Assembly (NCBI GenBank): GCA_015075325.1
Contig: JABTUP010000011.1
Coordinates: 27,072 to 91,071 of the forward strand
Direction: 5' to 3'
DNA length: 64,000 nt
From: Flavobacteriales bacterium
Lineage (GTDB): Bacteria > Bacteroidota > Bacteroidia > Flavobacteriales_E > Vicingaceae
Positions 46,997 to 55,066 of this stretch are shown here, in pieces. Position 1 is the first letter of the stretch; every line of letters starts with the position of its first letter. The notes below the pieces were generated by a model. The model ran no database searches, was not told the origin of the DNA, and worked only from the letters and a program-made list of their open reading frames with translations. Position numbers and translations under genes: made by a program.

Positions 46997-49573
46997 CTAC
47001 TTGTTTCTAAGTAAATGCACAAATCCTTTTAATACTCTTGGTTTTATTCCGTCTAAATATTTCTCGTTAACCGTACACACATAAAAATAAACACCATCGG
47101 CACTCATTGCACCGCCCTTTTGGTTTTTCCCGTCCCACAGAATATCTGGGTTGGTAGTTTCAAAAACCAAATTGCCCCAGCGGTTGTAAATTTGCATTTC
47201 AACCGATTCGACATAGCGATAAGGAAATGGTTTAAACACATCATTAAATCCATCGCTTCCTGGAGTAAAAATATTGGGCAACGAATAGCTCGGACAATTA
47301 TCTACACAAACCGAATCGCTAAATATGCTTTCGTTACCTACAGAATCAACAGTTGTAACAACATAACATCCTGCAATTGAATTTAATTTTTCATGAATAT
47401 AACTCAACAAACTTCCATCGGTTAAAGTCGTTACTAAATAATAATCTCCACTAACTGAATCGGTTTTGTAAATGTTGTAGCCCAAAATATCATCATTGCA
47501 ATTTGTAGTTGGATTTATCCAGGAAAGTTTGTTTTGTTGAGTATCGCAAACTGCCTCAATACTTAAAATTGGAGCACAAGGTTTAACATTGTCAATTGGC
47601 TGAGCACAATTTTCTTGAGAAAAGTTAATAATGGGGCTAATTAATCCTGGTGATGAATACGAGCCTATACTTTTAACCTGATAACAATAGGTTTCACCAT
47701 TTATTAACGCAGTATCAACATACGTTGAATTAGAAGTAATATCGAGCGAATCGAACACTAAAGTTATGGGGTTTTGTTTGTAAATAACATGTTGAGTGTT
47801 GGTCCACGGAACAGCTTCGCTCCAAGCTAATGTAATTTGATTATCCGATGGAATTAAGTTTAAAAATACCGATGAAGCAACTGTTGATTTACCCATTAAC
47901 TCTCTTGTGCCTGCAGTTAAGTTATACATGTCTATTCGATAGAAATACTGAACTTCTTTGGTGTTCAACAAATTATCAGTAAAGGTAGTGTCGTTTATAG
48001 TTGCAGTAGAATCTATTAATGTTAATGACGATGAGGTTCCTTGTCCTCTATAAATTAAATAACGATAAGGACCGGGATAAAGAACTACATCAAATTCAGT
48101 TGGTTTACTCCACTCAACAGAAATAGAACCATTGGTGTTTGAAGTATTGTTTACGTTAGCGTGAGTAATAATTGGAACGTCTTTAATCAACTGTTCGCAT
48201 ACTTCTTCCGATGCTTTACTATCAGTTCCATCAGGATAATAAGCAACAATGCGATAACAATACGTTACTCCTGAAATTAAACCAAGTCCGTTGTTATTGT
48301 CGATATAATTGGTGTCGGATATGGTTGATGTTTCTCCTACCAACTGAAATCCGGTATAAGCAGGAACTCCTGTTTCGCAATAAGCGGGGTTCCAGCCCGA
48401 CGCACCTTGTTTTCGGTAAATTTTATATTTAATGGCTTGATTACATGCCGTTTTGCTCCAATTTAAAGCAATAGCATTACTTAAAACTGTTGCATTTACA
48501 TTTTTTGGTGCAGGAGCTAAAACATTAACAAAAAGCGAATGAAAATCGACTAAATTTGGATTACCATTATCAATAGCTTTAAACGACAAAATGTAATCGC
48601 CGCGTTGAATATTTAAACAACCTGGAATCCATGTAAATGTACCGTTTACACTACTCGATGCTCCAGAAGTTTGAAATGATGCAGGATTTGAAGAGGCAAA
48701 AAGTGGCCCTCCTGTTGCAGTAAATGTTACGGAGTTTCCGTCGGGGTCAGTGGCATTATAATTTACGGTTAACGTATCACCAACAACAATACAAGTATCT
48801 GTTGGACCTGTAATAATTGGGGGATTGTTGCTACATGCTGAAACTGTAATTTGCATGTCTCTTAAAATACTCCCTATTTTAATACCATTACGATACTCAT
48901 CTACACGAATTGCAACATTGTATTCGCCAATTGCCAATGGGGTTTCCCAAATTAAATCTCCTGTTATGTAATTTACACTAATATAATTAGAAGCTTGAGG
49001 AAATGTATAGCCAGCAATTGGAGCTCCTCCAGTTTGTTTACATTCTTGAATTGAATAATACAAGCTATCTCCATCAATATCCCAAGCACCGGGATTGTGC
49101 ACGTAAGTTTTTCCTACACAAGCATTATCAATGGGGGGATTAAGTAAAACAGGAGAATTGTTTATTCCAATAAATGGATTAATAATAAGTGAAGTTTCTA
49201 AATAAAAAACCACGTTTACAGAGTTTGGGATGTTAATTATTCCTGAGTTTCTGTTGGGGTCTTCAACACGAATTAAATATGGTGTTGGATTTGCTCCTGG
49301 ATACGTGTGATTTTTGATGTAAACGTTTTTTAAAATATCGCCACCTAAAGAAACACTTGAATTTCTACCTAAAGAATCGATTGGGCTGCCATCTCCCCAA
49401 TAAATTTCTAAAGTTGGTCTGTCTGCAGGACTCGATTCCTTTACATAGGTAATTACTGTTATTTCATAAGTAAACCCAGAAACATGGCGAAAGGTAATTT
49501 CTCCAGCTCTGTTGTGAGTTGCAAAAACTTGGTTTGAAACAAGTAAAAGAAATATGTAGAGTAGTTTTTTCAA
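46997..49573 (-). CDS. Large secreted protein with FN3/Ig-like repeats and gliding-motility-associated (T9SS type B) C-terminal domain
   Basis: ATHNRAGEI N-terminus; PNIFTPGSDGFND...IYNRWGNLV...WDG...DGVYFY...GFVHLLR. TTG start. Confidence 0.9.
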   Translation of the reverse strand: MKKLLYIFLLLVSNQVFATHNRAGEITFRHVSGFTYEITVITYVKESSPADRPTLEIYWGDGSPIDSLGRNSSVSLGGDILKNVYIKNHTYPGANPTPYLIRVEDPNRNSGIINIPNSVNVVFYLETSLIINPFIGINNSPVLLNPPIDNACVGKTYVHNPGAWDIDGDSLYYSIQECKQTGGAPIAGYTFPQASNYISVNYITGDLIWETPLAIGEYNVAIRVDEYRNGIKIGSILRDMQITVSACSNNPPIITGPTDTCIVVGDTLTVNYNATDPDGNSVTFTATGGPLFASSNPASFQTSGASSSVNGTFTWIPGCLNIQRGDYILSFKAIDNGNPNLVDFHSLFVNVLAPAPKNVNATVLSNAIALNWSKTACNQAIKYKIYRKQGASGWNPAYCETGVPAYTGFQLVGETSTISDTNYIDNNNGLGLISGVTYCYRIVAYYPDGTDSKASEEVCEQLIKDVPIITHANVNNTSNTNGSISVEWSKPTEFDVVLYPGPYRYLIYRGQGTSSSLTLIDSTATINDTTFTDNLLNTKEVQYFYRIDMYNLTAGTRELMGKSTVASSVFLNLIPSDNQITLAWSEAVPWTNTQHVIYKQNPITLVFDSLDITSNSTYVDTALINGETYCYQVKSIGSYSSPGLISPIINFSQENCAQPIDNVKPCAPILSIEAVCDTQQNKLSWINPTTNCNDDILGYNIYKTDSVSGDYYLVTTLTDGSLLSYIHEKLNSIAGCYVVTTVDSVGNESIFSDSVCVDNCPSYSLPNIFTPGSDGFNDVFKPFPYRYVESVEMQIYNRWGNLVFETTNPDILWDGKNQKGGAMSADGVYFYVCTVNEKYLDGIKPRVLKGFVHLLRNK

Positions 49574-49625
49574 ATTAAACTTTAAAATTACTTTTTTCTT
49601 TTCAAATTATAAATTGAACTATTTT

Positions 49626-49656
49626 CCCCCTCCCTTCGGGAGGGTCGGGGTGGGCT
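49626..49656. repeat. REP-like palindrome, intergenic copy of the polA insert
   Basis: ccctccc-ttc-gggaggg stem plus tcggggtgggct, abutting the stop of the radical SAM gene. Confidence 0.85.
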
Positions 49657-50783
49657 TAATAATTAATTACTTGTTGTTCCATGTCTTTTGGGAGTTCTCT
49701 GTATTCGTATTCTTGTGTTCGGAGTTGAGGCTCAAAACCAGCTTCTCTAATAGCTTGTTGAATTCCATCGGCAGTAAAACGATGAGGAGCACCAGCTGCA
49801 GAAACTACATTTTCTTCAATCATTATCGAACCAAAATCATTTGCTCCGGCATGTAAACAAACCTGAGCTGTTTTTTCACCAACCGTTAACCACGATGCTT
49901 GAATGTTATCGATGTTTGGCAACATAATTCTGCTCAACGCAATCATTCTAATATACTCGTCGTCGGTTACCTGATTTGAAACTCCTTTTACTCGCTTTAA
50001 CAATGTTCCATCATCCATAAATGGCCAAGGAATAAAAGCAATAAAACCTTTAGCATCGGCAGGTTTTTCTGCTTGCACTTCTCTTAACCAAACCAAATGT
50101 TCAAAACGTTCGGCAATTGTTTCAATATGCCCAAACATCATGGTTGCACTTGTAGTTAGTTTTAATTGATGTGCTGCCCGCATTACATCCAACCATTCTC
50201 TACCAGTACATTTTCCTTTCGAAATTAGGCGTCGAACTCTATCATTCAATATTTCGGCACCAGCTCCAGGAAGCGAATCTAAGCCTGCTTCTTTTAATGC
50301 TTTTAAAACTTCGGTATGTGTTAATCCTTCTAATTTGCTAATGTGTGCAATTTCTGGTGGTCCTAAAGCATGTAATTTAATGTTTGGAAACATTTTTTTA
50401 ATTCCAGAAAAAGTATCAACGTAAAATTTCAATCCCAATTCAGGATGATGACCGCCTTGCAACAACAATTGATTTCCGCCATATTTTATGGTTTCTTCAA
50501 TTTTCACTTTGTATTGCTCCATGGTGGTAATATAAGCCTCGAAATGCCCCGGAATACGATAAAAATTACAGAATTTGCAATTGGCAATACATACATTGGT
50601 GGTGTTTAAGTTTCTGTCAATAATCCAGGTTACTTTATTGCTGTTTTGTTTTTTTATCTTTCTAAGCTCATTTCCAACATACATCAACTCTGCTGTTGAT
50701 GCATTTTTAAATAAAAACTCTCCTTCGGCAGCACTTAAAAACTCAAATTTTAATGCTCTTTCTAATAACGAATGTACTTGCAT
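49656..50783 (-). CDS. mqnC: CofH/MqnC family radical SAM protein (probable cyclic dehypoxanthine futalosine synthase)
   Basis: TNVCIANCKFC (CxxxCxxC), LQGGHHP, SLPGAGAEIL, ATMMFGH, NIQASW, GANDFGS...EENVV. Confidence 0.8.
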   Translation of the reverse strand: MQVHSLLERALKFEFLSAAEGEFLFKNASTAELMYVGNELRKIKKQNSNKVTWIIDRNLNTTNVCIANCKFCNFYRIPGHFEAYITTMEQYKVKIEETIKYGGNQLLLQGGHHPELGLKFYVDTFSGIKKMFPNIKLHALGPPEIAHISKLEGLTHTEVLKALKEAGLDSLPGAGAEILNDRVRRLISKGKCTGREWLDVMRAAHQLKLTTSATMMFGHIETIAERFEHLVWLREVQAEKPADAKGFIAFIPWPFMDDGTLLKRVKGVSNQVTDDEYIRMIALSRIMLPNIDNIQASWLTVGEKTAQVCLHAGANDFGSIMIEENVVSAAGAPHRFTADGIQQAIREAGFEPQLRTQEYEYRELPKDMEQQVINY

Positions 50784-50794
50784 AATTTTCTATC

Positions 50795-50940
50795 TTTTGC
50801 CACAAATTGCACTAATTAACACAGATTTGCTGCACAAATTTTTATGTTAATATTTCAACAATTACTTTTTTTATTTTTTCTCTTCATTTTAATCAATTAA
50901 TCTGCAAATTAAATTTGCGATAATCTGTGTAATCAGTGGC
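50795..50940. mobile_element. Empty (gene-less) derivative of the GxxExxY inverted-repeat element
   Basis: 50795-50850 is a near-exact direct repeat of 50963-51017, including the GxxExxY stop region ttatgttaa. Right end aatctgtgtaatcagtggc at 50922-50940. Confidence 0.7.
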
Positions 50941-50962
50941 ATAATAAAATTTATTTTTTCTT

Positions 50963-51489
50963 TTTTGCCACAAATTGCACTAATTAGCACAGATTGTTGC
51001 ACAAATTTTTATGTTAAAATTACCCTTCTAAAAGTCAAAGAATCCTCACCAAAATTAATTATCAACCCAAGTTTTGATTTCGAACATGCTAAATAATTAA
51101 TGGTTTGTTTAATATCTTCTTCATATATTCCTTCCTGATTGAGCTTTAACTTCTAGAATTAAATCATCATATACAACAAAATCAGCGATATATTTTCTTT
51201 TCAAAAGTCTTCCTTTATAATTTATAGTATAGTGTTTTTCTCTTTCATAATAAATTGAGTTATCTGAAAATTCAATTTCTAACGCATCTTTATAAACAAC
51301 TTCTAAAAATCCTTTTCCAATAATCCTATGCACCTCCATCGCTAAACCTATAATTTTATAGGTTTCGTCTTTCATTAAAAAGTCTTCTTTTTTAGAATAA
51401 AATGCTTCTGGTTCCTCGATAATATACACTATTTTAATCTTTTAATCTGTGAATAGAATCTGCGAAAATTTGTGTAATCAGTGGCAAAA
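50963..51489 (-). mobile_element. Inverted-repeat-bounded element carrying a GxxExxY gene
   Basis: Left arm 50963-50995 and right arm 51457-51489 form a 33-bp imperfect inverted repeat (26/33 by my alignment; terminal ttttgccac perfect). Confidence 0.7.
51009..51429 (-). pseudogene. GxxExxY protein (PD-(D/E)xK-like nuclease), frameshifted
   Basis: GFLEVVY motif and ADFVV...LEVKA. A ttcc duplication at 51128-51135 shifts the frame. Removing it restores GIYEEDIKQTINYLACSKSKLGLIINFGEDSLTFRRVILT*. Confidence 0.9.
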
Positions 51490-51570
51490 TATCGTAGATT
51501 GTGTAATTATAAACTCTTTTATTATTCCTACTTTTGAACCTCTCAAAGTTACTATAAAATTTATCGCGAT

Positions 51571-52977
51571 ATGGAAATAAAAAAAATTAGCAAAATTGAC
51601 TCTAAAAGTCATGTTGCATTTGTTGTAAATACTGAAAAAGAGCTTGATAATACCTTTTTTACTAAAGACGAACTGAGTTATATTAAAACTCAAATAAAAG
51701 ACGAAAATAAACTAATCGTTATCAATCGCTTATCAAAGTTTGTGTTTGTTGTATTTACGGATAAAGGCAACGACTACAAAGCCTATCAAGTAGCTAGAAA
51801 AGCTGCAAGTAAATTGGTTGAAAAAGCCAACGAATTAAAAATTAAAGACTTAATTATTAGTTCAACTACCTCAACAATTGTTGCATTTATCGAAGCTTTG
51901 CTGCTAACCAATTATCAATTTTTAAAATATTATACCGAGAAAAAAGAAAATAGCTTAAAAAATGTTGGTTTAGTTGCTAAAATAACTGCCTCAGAACTTT
52001 CTGAAATTGTTACAGTTGCCACTGCAACCAATATTGCAAAAGACTTGGTAAACGAACCTGTTTCTTACCTAAACGCAACACAATTGGCTAATGAAGCCAA
52101 AAAACTTGGTAAAGAAGCTGGTTTTAAAGTAGAAGTTCTGAGTAAATCAAAAATTGAAGCATTAAAAATGGGTGGTTTGTTGGCTGTAAACAAAGGAAGC
52201 TTAGACCAGCCCACTTTTTCAATATTAGAATGGAAGCCAACGAAAGCTAAAAATAAAAAACCCATTATTTTGGTTGGAAAAGGAGTTGTTTATGACACTG
52301 GCGGATTGAGCTTAAAACCAACACCAAATTCAATGGATATGATGAAGTGTGACATGGCAGGAGCTGCAGCAATTATGGGAGTTTTATATGCTATTGCAAA
52401 AAACAAGTTGCCTTATCATGTAATTGGGTTAATTCCTGCAACCGACAATCGTCCTGGTGGAAATGCTTATGCTCCAGGTGATGTGGTAACCATGCACAAC
52501 AAAAAAACTGTTGAGGTTTTAAATACTGATGCAGAAGGTAGAATGATTTTGGCCGATGCTTTAAGCTATGCTCAAAAATACAAACCCGAATTGGTTTTAG
52601 ATGCCGCAACCCTTACGGGTGCTGCTGCTGCTGCAATAGGGCATTATGGTGTAGTTGCTATGGGAAATGTTGATGAAAAAATAATGAACAAGCTTAAAGA
52701 AAGTGGAAAAAATGTTTACGAACGAATTGTTGAGTTTCCATTTTGGGACGAATATAACGAGCAATTAAAATCAAGTATTGCCGATATGACCAACCTCGGG
52801 AATGGTATGGGAGGAGCAATTACAGCTGGTAAATTTTTAGAAAAATTTACCGACTATCCATACATCCACTTAGATATTGCTGGACCAGCTTTTATAAAAA
52901 CACAAGTAGATTATATTTCTAAAGGAGGAACTGGTGTTGGAGTAAGATTGTTCTACGATTTTATTAAAAATTATTAA
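51571..52977 (+). CDS. pepA: Leucyl aminopeptidase (M17)
   Basis: GKGVVYDTGG, MKCDMAG, NTDAEGR, ATLTGA, HLDIAG; TAnnTTTG at 51529-51536. Confidence 0.95.
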   Translation: MEIKKISKIDSKSHVAFVVNTEKELDNTFFTKDELSYIKTQIKDENKLIVINRLSKFVFVVFTDKGNDYKAYQVARKAASKLVEKANELKIKDLIISSTTSTIVAFIEALLLTNYQFLKYYTEKKENSLKNVGLVAKITASELSEIVTVATATNIAKDLVNEPVSYLNATQLANEAKKLGKEAGFKVEVLSKSKIEALKMGGLLAVNKGSLDQPTFSILEWKPTKAKNKKPIILVGKGVVYDTGGLSLKPTPNSMDMMKCDMAGAAAIMGVLYAIAKNKLPYHVIGLIPATDNRPGGNAYAPGDVVTMHNKKTVEVLNTDAEGRMILADALSYAQKYKPELVLDAATLTGAAAAAIGHYGVVAMGNVDEKIMNKLKESGKNVYERIVEFPFWDEYNEQLKSSIADMTNLGNGMGGAITAGKFLEKFTDYPYIHLDIAGPAFIKTQVDYISKGGTGVGVRLFYDFIKNY

Positions 52978-52978
52978 A

Positions 52979-53034
52979 TAAGACCGAAGTTGGAAGACCG
53001 AAGTCAGAAAACTAGAAACAAGCAACTAGAAAAA
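52979..53034 (+). repeat. Composite 7-bp tandem array between pepA and pdxA
   Basis: taagacc gaagttg gaagacc gaagtca gaaaact agaaaca agcaact agaaaaa. Confidence 0.8.
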
Positions 53035-53035
53035 C

Positions 53036-54088
53036 ATGTTAAAAAGAACTAACGATAAAATACGAATTGGAGTAAGCATTGGCGACTACAACGGCATTGG
53101 TTTAGAGGTTATTATTAAAACCTTTATGGACAATCAAATAACCGATTTGTGTACCCCTATTGTTTATGGTTCAAGTAAACTAGCTAACAACTATCGAAAA
53201 ACCATGGATGTTGGAGATTTTAGTTTTAACAAAATTGCTAATGCTGATGAGGCTCATCCCAAAAAAGCCAATATGGTAAGTTGTTGGAGCGAAGAGGTTG
53301 AACTTTCTATGGGTTTATCAACTGCAAATGCTGGTAAATATGCTTTTTTATCGCTCGAAGCAGCTTGCAAAGATTTGTTTGATGGAAAAATTGATGCAAT
53401 TGTAACTGCTCCAATTAACAAAGATAATATCCAATCCGATCAATTTAAATTTCCTGGTCATACCGAATATTTAACCGAAAAATTTGAAGGCGAATCATTA
53501 ATGCTACTAACCAACGAAAATTTAAAAGTAGGCATTGCAACAAATCACATTCCTGTATCAGCTATTGCAAAAAGCTTAACGGTTGACAAAATTTTTTCAA
53601 AACTCAAAATTTTAAACAAAAGTTTGGTGCAAGATTTTGCCATAAATAGCCCTCGAATTGCGGTTTTAGGATTAAATCCGCATGCTGGCGACAACGGATT
53701 AATTGGAAAAGAAGAGCAAGAAATTATTATTCCGGCTATAAACAGTGCAAAAAGTATTGGATTACAAGTGTTTGGACCTTATCCTGCTGACGGTTTTTTT
53801 GGTTCTGCAAACTATTTAAAGTTTGATGCTATTTTAGCCATGTATCACGACCAAGGACTTATTCCTTTTAAAACATTATCGTTTGGCGAAGGGGTTAATT
53901 TTACTGCAGGGTTAAACATCATTAGAACTTCTCCCGACCATGGCGTTGCATATGATATTGCTGGGAAAAATATAGCTAACGAACAATCGTTTCGTTCTGC
54001 GGTTTATCTTGCCATAGATGTTTTCAGAAACCGACAAATGGATACTGAAATTAATGAGAATGTGTTGAAAGTGAGTAAAGGAAAATAA
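53036..54088 (+). CDS. pdxA: 4-hydroxythreonine-4-phosphate dehydrogenase
   Basis: GDYNGIG, TAPINK, GHTEY, GLNPHAG, MYHDQG, RTSPDHG. Confidence 0.96.
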   Translation: MLKRTNDKIRIGVSIGDYNGIGLEVIIKTFMDNQITDLCTPIVYGSSKLANNYRKTMDVGDFSFNKIANADEAHPKKANMVSCWSEEVELSMGLSTANAGKYAFLSLEAACKDLFDGKIDAIVTAPINKDNIQSDQFKFPGHTEYLTEKFEGESLMLLTNENLKVGIATNHIPVSAIAKSLTVDKIFSKLKILNKSLVQDFAINSPRIAVLGLNPHAGDNGLIGKEEQEIIIPAINSAKSIGLQVFGPYPADGFFGSANYLKFDAILAMYHDQGLIPFKTLSFGEGVNFTAGLNIIRTSPDHGVAYDIAGKNIANEQSFRSAVYLAIDVFRNRQMDTEINENVLKVSKGK

Positions 54089-54096
54089 AAAACTTA

Positions 54097-54780
54097 TTAC
54101 TCAAAAACAATAGAAGAGATAAAGGCCTTGTCTTTCTCAAAAACACGCTGACTATCGAAAGTGTGTGCCTTTACCCAACCCAAACCAGGAACAAACCAGT
54201 CGGTTCTAGGAATTACAATATAGCCCTTGTTGTTTGTATAACCTTTTAAAACCTTATTAAAGTTTTTCTTAATTTTTTCGTTAATTTTTCTATTATCTTC
54301 TTCTATTTGTTTAGCATCAGATGATTTCATACCCTTAGTATCATATTCAAATTCCACTTTATAGCCTTGCTTAATCCAAATTTCGTAATCAATTTTGTAT
54401 GCTTTAAAGGTTTTATCTCCAATTGAAACTTCTTCAAAAGCAATAACTTTAGAATTCATTCCAGAAATCATCTCACCACTTAAATTTACTGTTGATTTTG
54501 TTGCTACGTTAAAAGTATATATTGATGTAGTAATTGTATTTTTTGACAAATCACTTGAACTATACATTGTTTTCACATCACTTCTCCCTTCTTTGGTTAC
54601 GTCAGACATGATTGAATAATCTGAATGAGGCTCTATTGATTGTCCAATTTCAAGTTTCATAGGTATTTTTTGAACACCATAAATCCACCAAAGATTGTTT
54701 TTTTCATCCACTAAAAATGGTTTTCGGGTCATGTACATGGTGTCGTCTTTGCACCAGGAGACTAGAGATAGGGTGTCAAT
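54097..54780 (-). pseudogene. 5'-truncated hypothetical protein (DUF3108/TapB-like C-terminus)
   Basis: EEVSIGDKTFKAYKIDY and DWFVPGLGWVK-type motifs. No signal peptide or native start; the ORF-track start lies inside the antisense agmatinase remnant. Confidence 0.6.
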
Positions 54781-55004
54781 ACCCAAAACTTTATCCACAC
54801 ACCGGAACACCTGTTGCGGGAGGTTTTGAGGTGGAACAAATCAACTTTTTATTGAATAAATTAGCAGAAAGCAAAAAAACAATAATTGGTTTTGATTTAA
54901 ACGAAGTGGGCAACGTAGAGTGGGACGCTAATGTTGGAGCAAGAGTATTGTATCGTTTGTGTAATTTCTTGGCAAAAAGTAATTATGCTAAGAAAGGAGA
55001 ATAA
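54781..55004 (+). pseudogene. 3' remnant of an agmatinase/arginase-family gene
   Basis: PKLYPHTGTPVAGG, IIGFDLNEV, WDANVGARVLYRLC are ureohydrolase C-terminal motifs. The upstream metal-binding DxDxxD is missing. Confidence 0.85.
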
Positions 55005-55008
55005 AAAA

Positions 55009-55047
55009 ACCGAAGTTAAATTTCGATAATCGAAATTTAACTTCGGT
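55009..55047. terminator. Perfect 19-bp inverted repeat between the convergent agmatinase remnant and fibre gene
   Basis: accgaagttaaatttcgat-a-atcgaaatttaacttcggt; continues into nnnCTTC heptamers to 55065. Confidence 0.7.
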
Positions 55048-55066
55048 CATCAAACTTCCAACTTCT

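Noticed and set aside
54717-54810. ORF-track starts of 54717-55004 (+) and 54097-54810 (-) as intact genes
   Set aside because: Each N-terminus is just the antisense of the other truncated gene across the junction.
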